NCBI GenBank assembly: GCA_030167865.1
Contig: JALAGF010003172.1
Span: 1-64,000 of the forward strand
Length of the DNA: 64,000 nucleotides
Reading direction: 5' to 3'
DNA from: Craspedostauros australis
Taxonomy: Eukaryota
This document shows positions 61,500-64,000 of the stretch, one piece after another; within the stretch, counting starts at the first letter, position 1; the number at the start of each line of letters is the position of its first letter. A model generated the notes under the pieces. The model was not told the origin of the DNA and searched no databases. It worked only from the letters and a program-made list of their open reading frames with translations. Both the position numbers and the translations under genes were made by a program.

Positions 61500-61732
61500 G
61501 GTGGCAGTGCGCAGCGTGATGAGTGCTGACTACTCGAATTATATAATAGAATAGAATACTTCGCAGCTGTTGACTTCAGCGTGATGAACTCAGCGTGTTC
61601 GTGGAGTATTGGGGTAGCGCTTGTCCTTCACTCGCACGATGTCTGATGTCCTGTCAATGCTGTATTAGCGTGCGCTTGTTGGATTCTTGCCAGTTGTTTG
61701 CCGGTTGCCCAAGTTCCTGCTCTCGAGTTGCT

Positions 61733-61806
61733 CTGCTCTGCTCCACTGCTCTGCTCCACTGCTCTGCTCCACTGCTCTGCTCCACTGCTCTGCTCCACTG
61801 CTCTGC
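61733..61806. repeat. Minisatellite, 13-bp unit CTGCTCTGCTCCA x ~5.7
   Basis: Perfect tandem copies read directly. Confidence 0.95.
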
Positions 61807-63638
61807 AGATCTATTCTACTGATCTTCTTGAGGCTAATCTCCTCGTGCACTTTGTGGACCTATCACGTGATGACGAGAGCAAACCTCCTATTCTTCTCAA
61901 GTTAATGCCGTTGGCTGTACGGATTAGACGTTGGGACGCCTGTATTGGCGGAGAGGCACAACCAAAGAGCAGATGAAAGATGTCGCGAGAGGGGCAGCGG
62001 CGTGATGTGATGTGATGTGAGTTTGTGGAAACGGTCGTCGTGTCCCCAACTTGATGGCTTTGTCACCATGAGCACATGAGCACATGACCTTTCTTTTCTC
62101 GCACAAACAAACAAGCCCTTCTCCCACCTTCTATTCCATTGTCGTGCTTCGACGTGGGTGCTCCCCTGGTACCACACCAATAGCGCCAAAATGGAGAATC
62201 GGAACAACCGCGCGGGTAATATTTGCGAATACTTGGCCCACGACAAGCGCCCCCCAGCCGGAACTTTTTATCGCACGCAAACACAACACAGAGAAGGTAG
62301 GAATACAGCCAAGGTGGGTCGTGGCTACGGGTACCGAGATCAGTTCGAAAATGCGTCGCGTTCGATAATGATACCTTCGCTTCCCCTGAAGTACCGCATT
62401 TCCACATTCGTTCTCTTCGCTCGTTTCGGAGCGCAACAACAGTCGCTTCCTTCGTCCTTGATCGTCTTCTTGCAGAGAGAGAGGCATTGTACTCCGCATG
62501 GCAACAAACCTATCAATGTAAAAAAAATCCATGTCTTCGGCAAGTTTCGTCCAAGCTCTTGGCCACATCTATTATTATCGGAGGTACCGCTGCACATAAG
62601 GATCGCACCATGTCTTGCAAATGAGAAGTAGCCCCATTGATGCGATATCAATCATGAACACGAGCGGATCAGACATCCCAACACAATGCTCCGCACCTGT
62701 TCTCCATCCCTATCTCTTTCTTTCCGTGGAGTTCCTCAGTTGCCGCATCCAACATCAGTCACAGGAACAAAGAACTCCACACCTGTGAGTAAGCAAGACA
62801 CACATGGCCTTGTGACACTGGAAAAGTGGAGTAAGTACTCGTGACGATCCTCTGTCCGTGTCGACGCTCGCAATTGCACACGCCTACGTCCACAACAACA
62901 ATGCCGCGCACAGCAACCGCTTGCTCGAAACGGGTCAACGTTGCAGGTTCGTTCCAGCAGAAGATGACCACAAAGATCAACACGAATACCAGCGACGAGA
63001 CGGTAGCATCATGAATTGGAGCGACAGGGGGCTTTGTTCGCAGAAGTCTCCAATGAGCGAGGGTGCTCTCTGCAAATGCTGGTGTGGTGTCTTCGTTCGG
63101 AAGTTGCTGGCATGAACGAAGGAGCCTGCGTCCATGGGTACCGCAATCACATCGCAACCTTGTTCCTGTGAGTACCGAGTTGGAACCGTCAACGATACAG
63201 AGAGTTCTTTGTTGGGAGAACACGAAAGAAGTCGAACAACAACTCTACCTCCGTCAACCATTTTGGCGCTAGCTTAACCGTCAAGGCGGTTAATAACCGT
63301 TAACGCGCGTCGGTTTTCACTATGATCTGCTGGTGGATGTTGTCACAAAGTGCGCACCTTTCCGGTTTCATTTCAATTCGCACAATGCATCAGCAGCAAC
63401 AGCAACAGTAACAGTAACGCCGATGAAAGTGAGATGATGACAACAATGGTGCAAGTCGTGGTGATGATGATGGTGATGATCACGGTAGGCGCGAGCGGAC
63501 TGGGTTCAACGCATCCTGCGTTGCATCATCCAACGCAACATTTCTCGCCGCTCCATTTCTTCGACGACGCACACCACAGATTCACTTGCACCCGCATTCA
63601 CGTACACAGACACACATAGACTCTACGAGGACACAAAC

Positions 63639-64000
63639 ATGCCATACAATGGACCATTCAGCCACCACAGATTGGTGATGGTGGGTCTTGCCGTCACGAC
63701 GTGCCTCTCTCAGATCAATGTCTTCGTCCTGAACCATTCCAACCTCGCTGCATCCCCGTCGGTATCATCACCATCGTCGCTGATAGCTACGAGGCTCGAT
63801 TCCTTTCAGTTGCCAGCCAACGCATCGCATGCAGGTGAAGCTGCAGCAACTGCACGGCTTCCCTTGCATCAGACGACAGGCGACAATGGCGAAGAAGACG
63901 AAGATGAAGATGAAGACAAGAAAAGAGGACATGACGAGCAGCACGATGAACAGCACTCGAAGAGAGCGCAACAACAACAGAAGGAGGCAATTCCACCAAC
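63639..64000 (+). CDS. 5' part of a probable membrane-anchored or secreted protein running off the window end (absent from the ORF track because it has no stop)
   Basis: Frame open from ATG 63639: MPYNGPFSHHRLVMVGLAVTTCLSQINVFVLN...GDNGEEDEDEDEDKKRGHDEQHDEQHSKRAQQQQKEAIPP. A hydrophobic segment is followed by a polar stem. Confidence 0.55.
   Translation, partial: MPYNGPFSHHRLVMVGLAVTTCLSQINVFVLNHSNLAASPSVSSPSSLIATRLDSFQLPANASHAGEAAATARLPLHQTTGDNGEEDEDEDEDKKRGHDEQHDEQHSKRAQQQQKEAIPP

Overview
Eukaryotic nuclear DNA with short GT-AG spliceosomal introns and compact gene spacing. It is most likely a diatom (inferred from DUF6824 proteins, a diatom-type cyclin, a receptor guanylate cyclase-phosphodiesterase fusion and bipartite plastid presequences). 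About 23 protein-coding genes are supported, 10 of them reconstructed by hand across introns. I found no rRNA, tRNA, CRISPR array or recognisable intact transposon. The most striking locus is an intronless 1291-aa gene (13946-17821, minus). It fuses four RNA end-processing modules with intact catalytic motifs: MJ1316, an EEP phosphoesterase, a 2H phosphoesterase and a poly(A)-polymerase-type nucleotidyltransferase. This makes it a candidate one-protein RNA 3'-end healing and tailing system. It lies head-to-head with a stand-alone 5'-nucleotidase C-terminal domain gene. Other points of interest are a bacterial-type LctP lactate permease with a Cys-rich N-terminus, a cyclase-PDE receptor with motif substitutions, an H1-like protein with an intact MBD, a kinase with DPA in place of DFG, and TAAC-rich motif clusters and minisatellites upstream of genes. 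All domain calls come from motif recognition by eye; no database searches were run.
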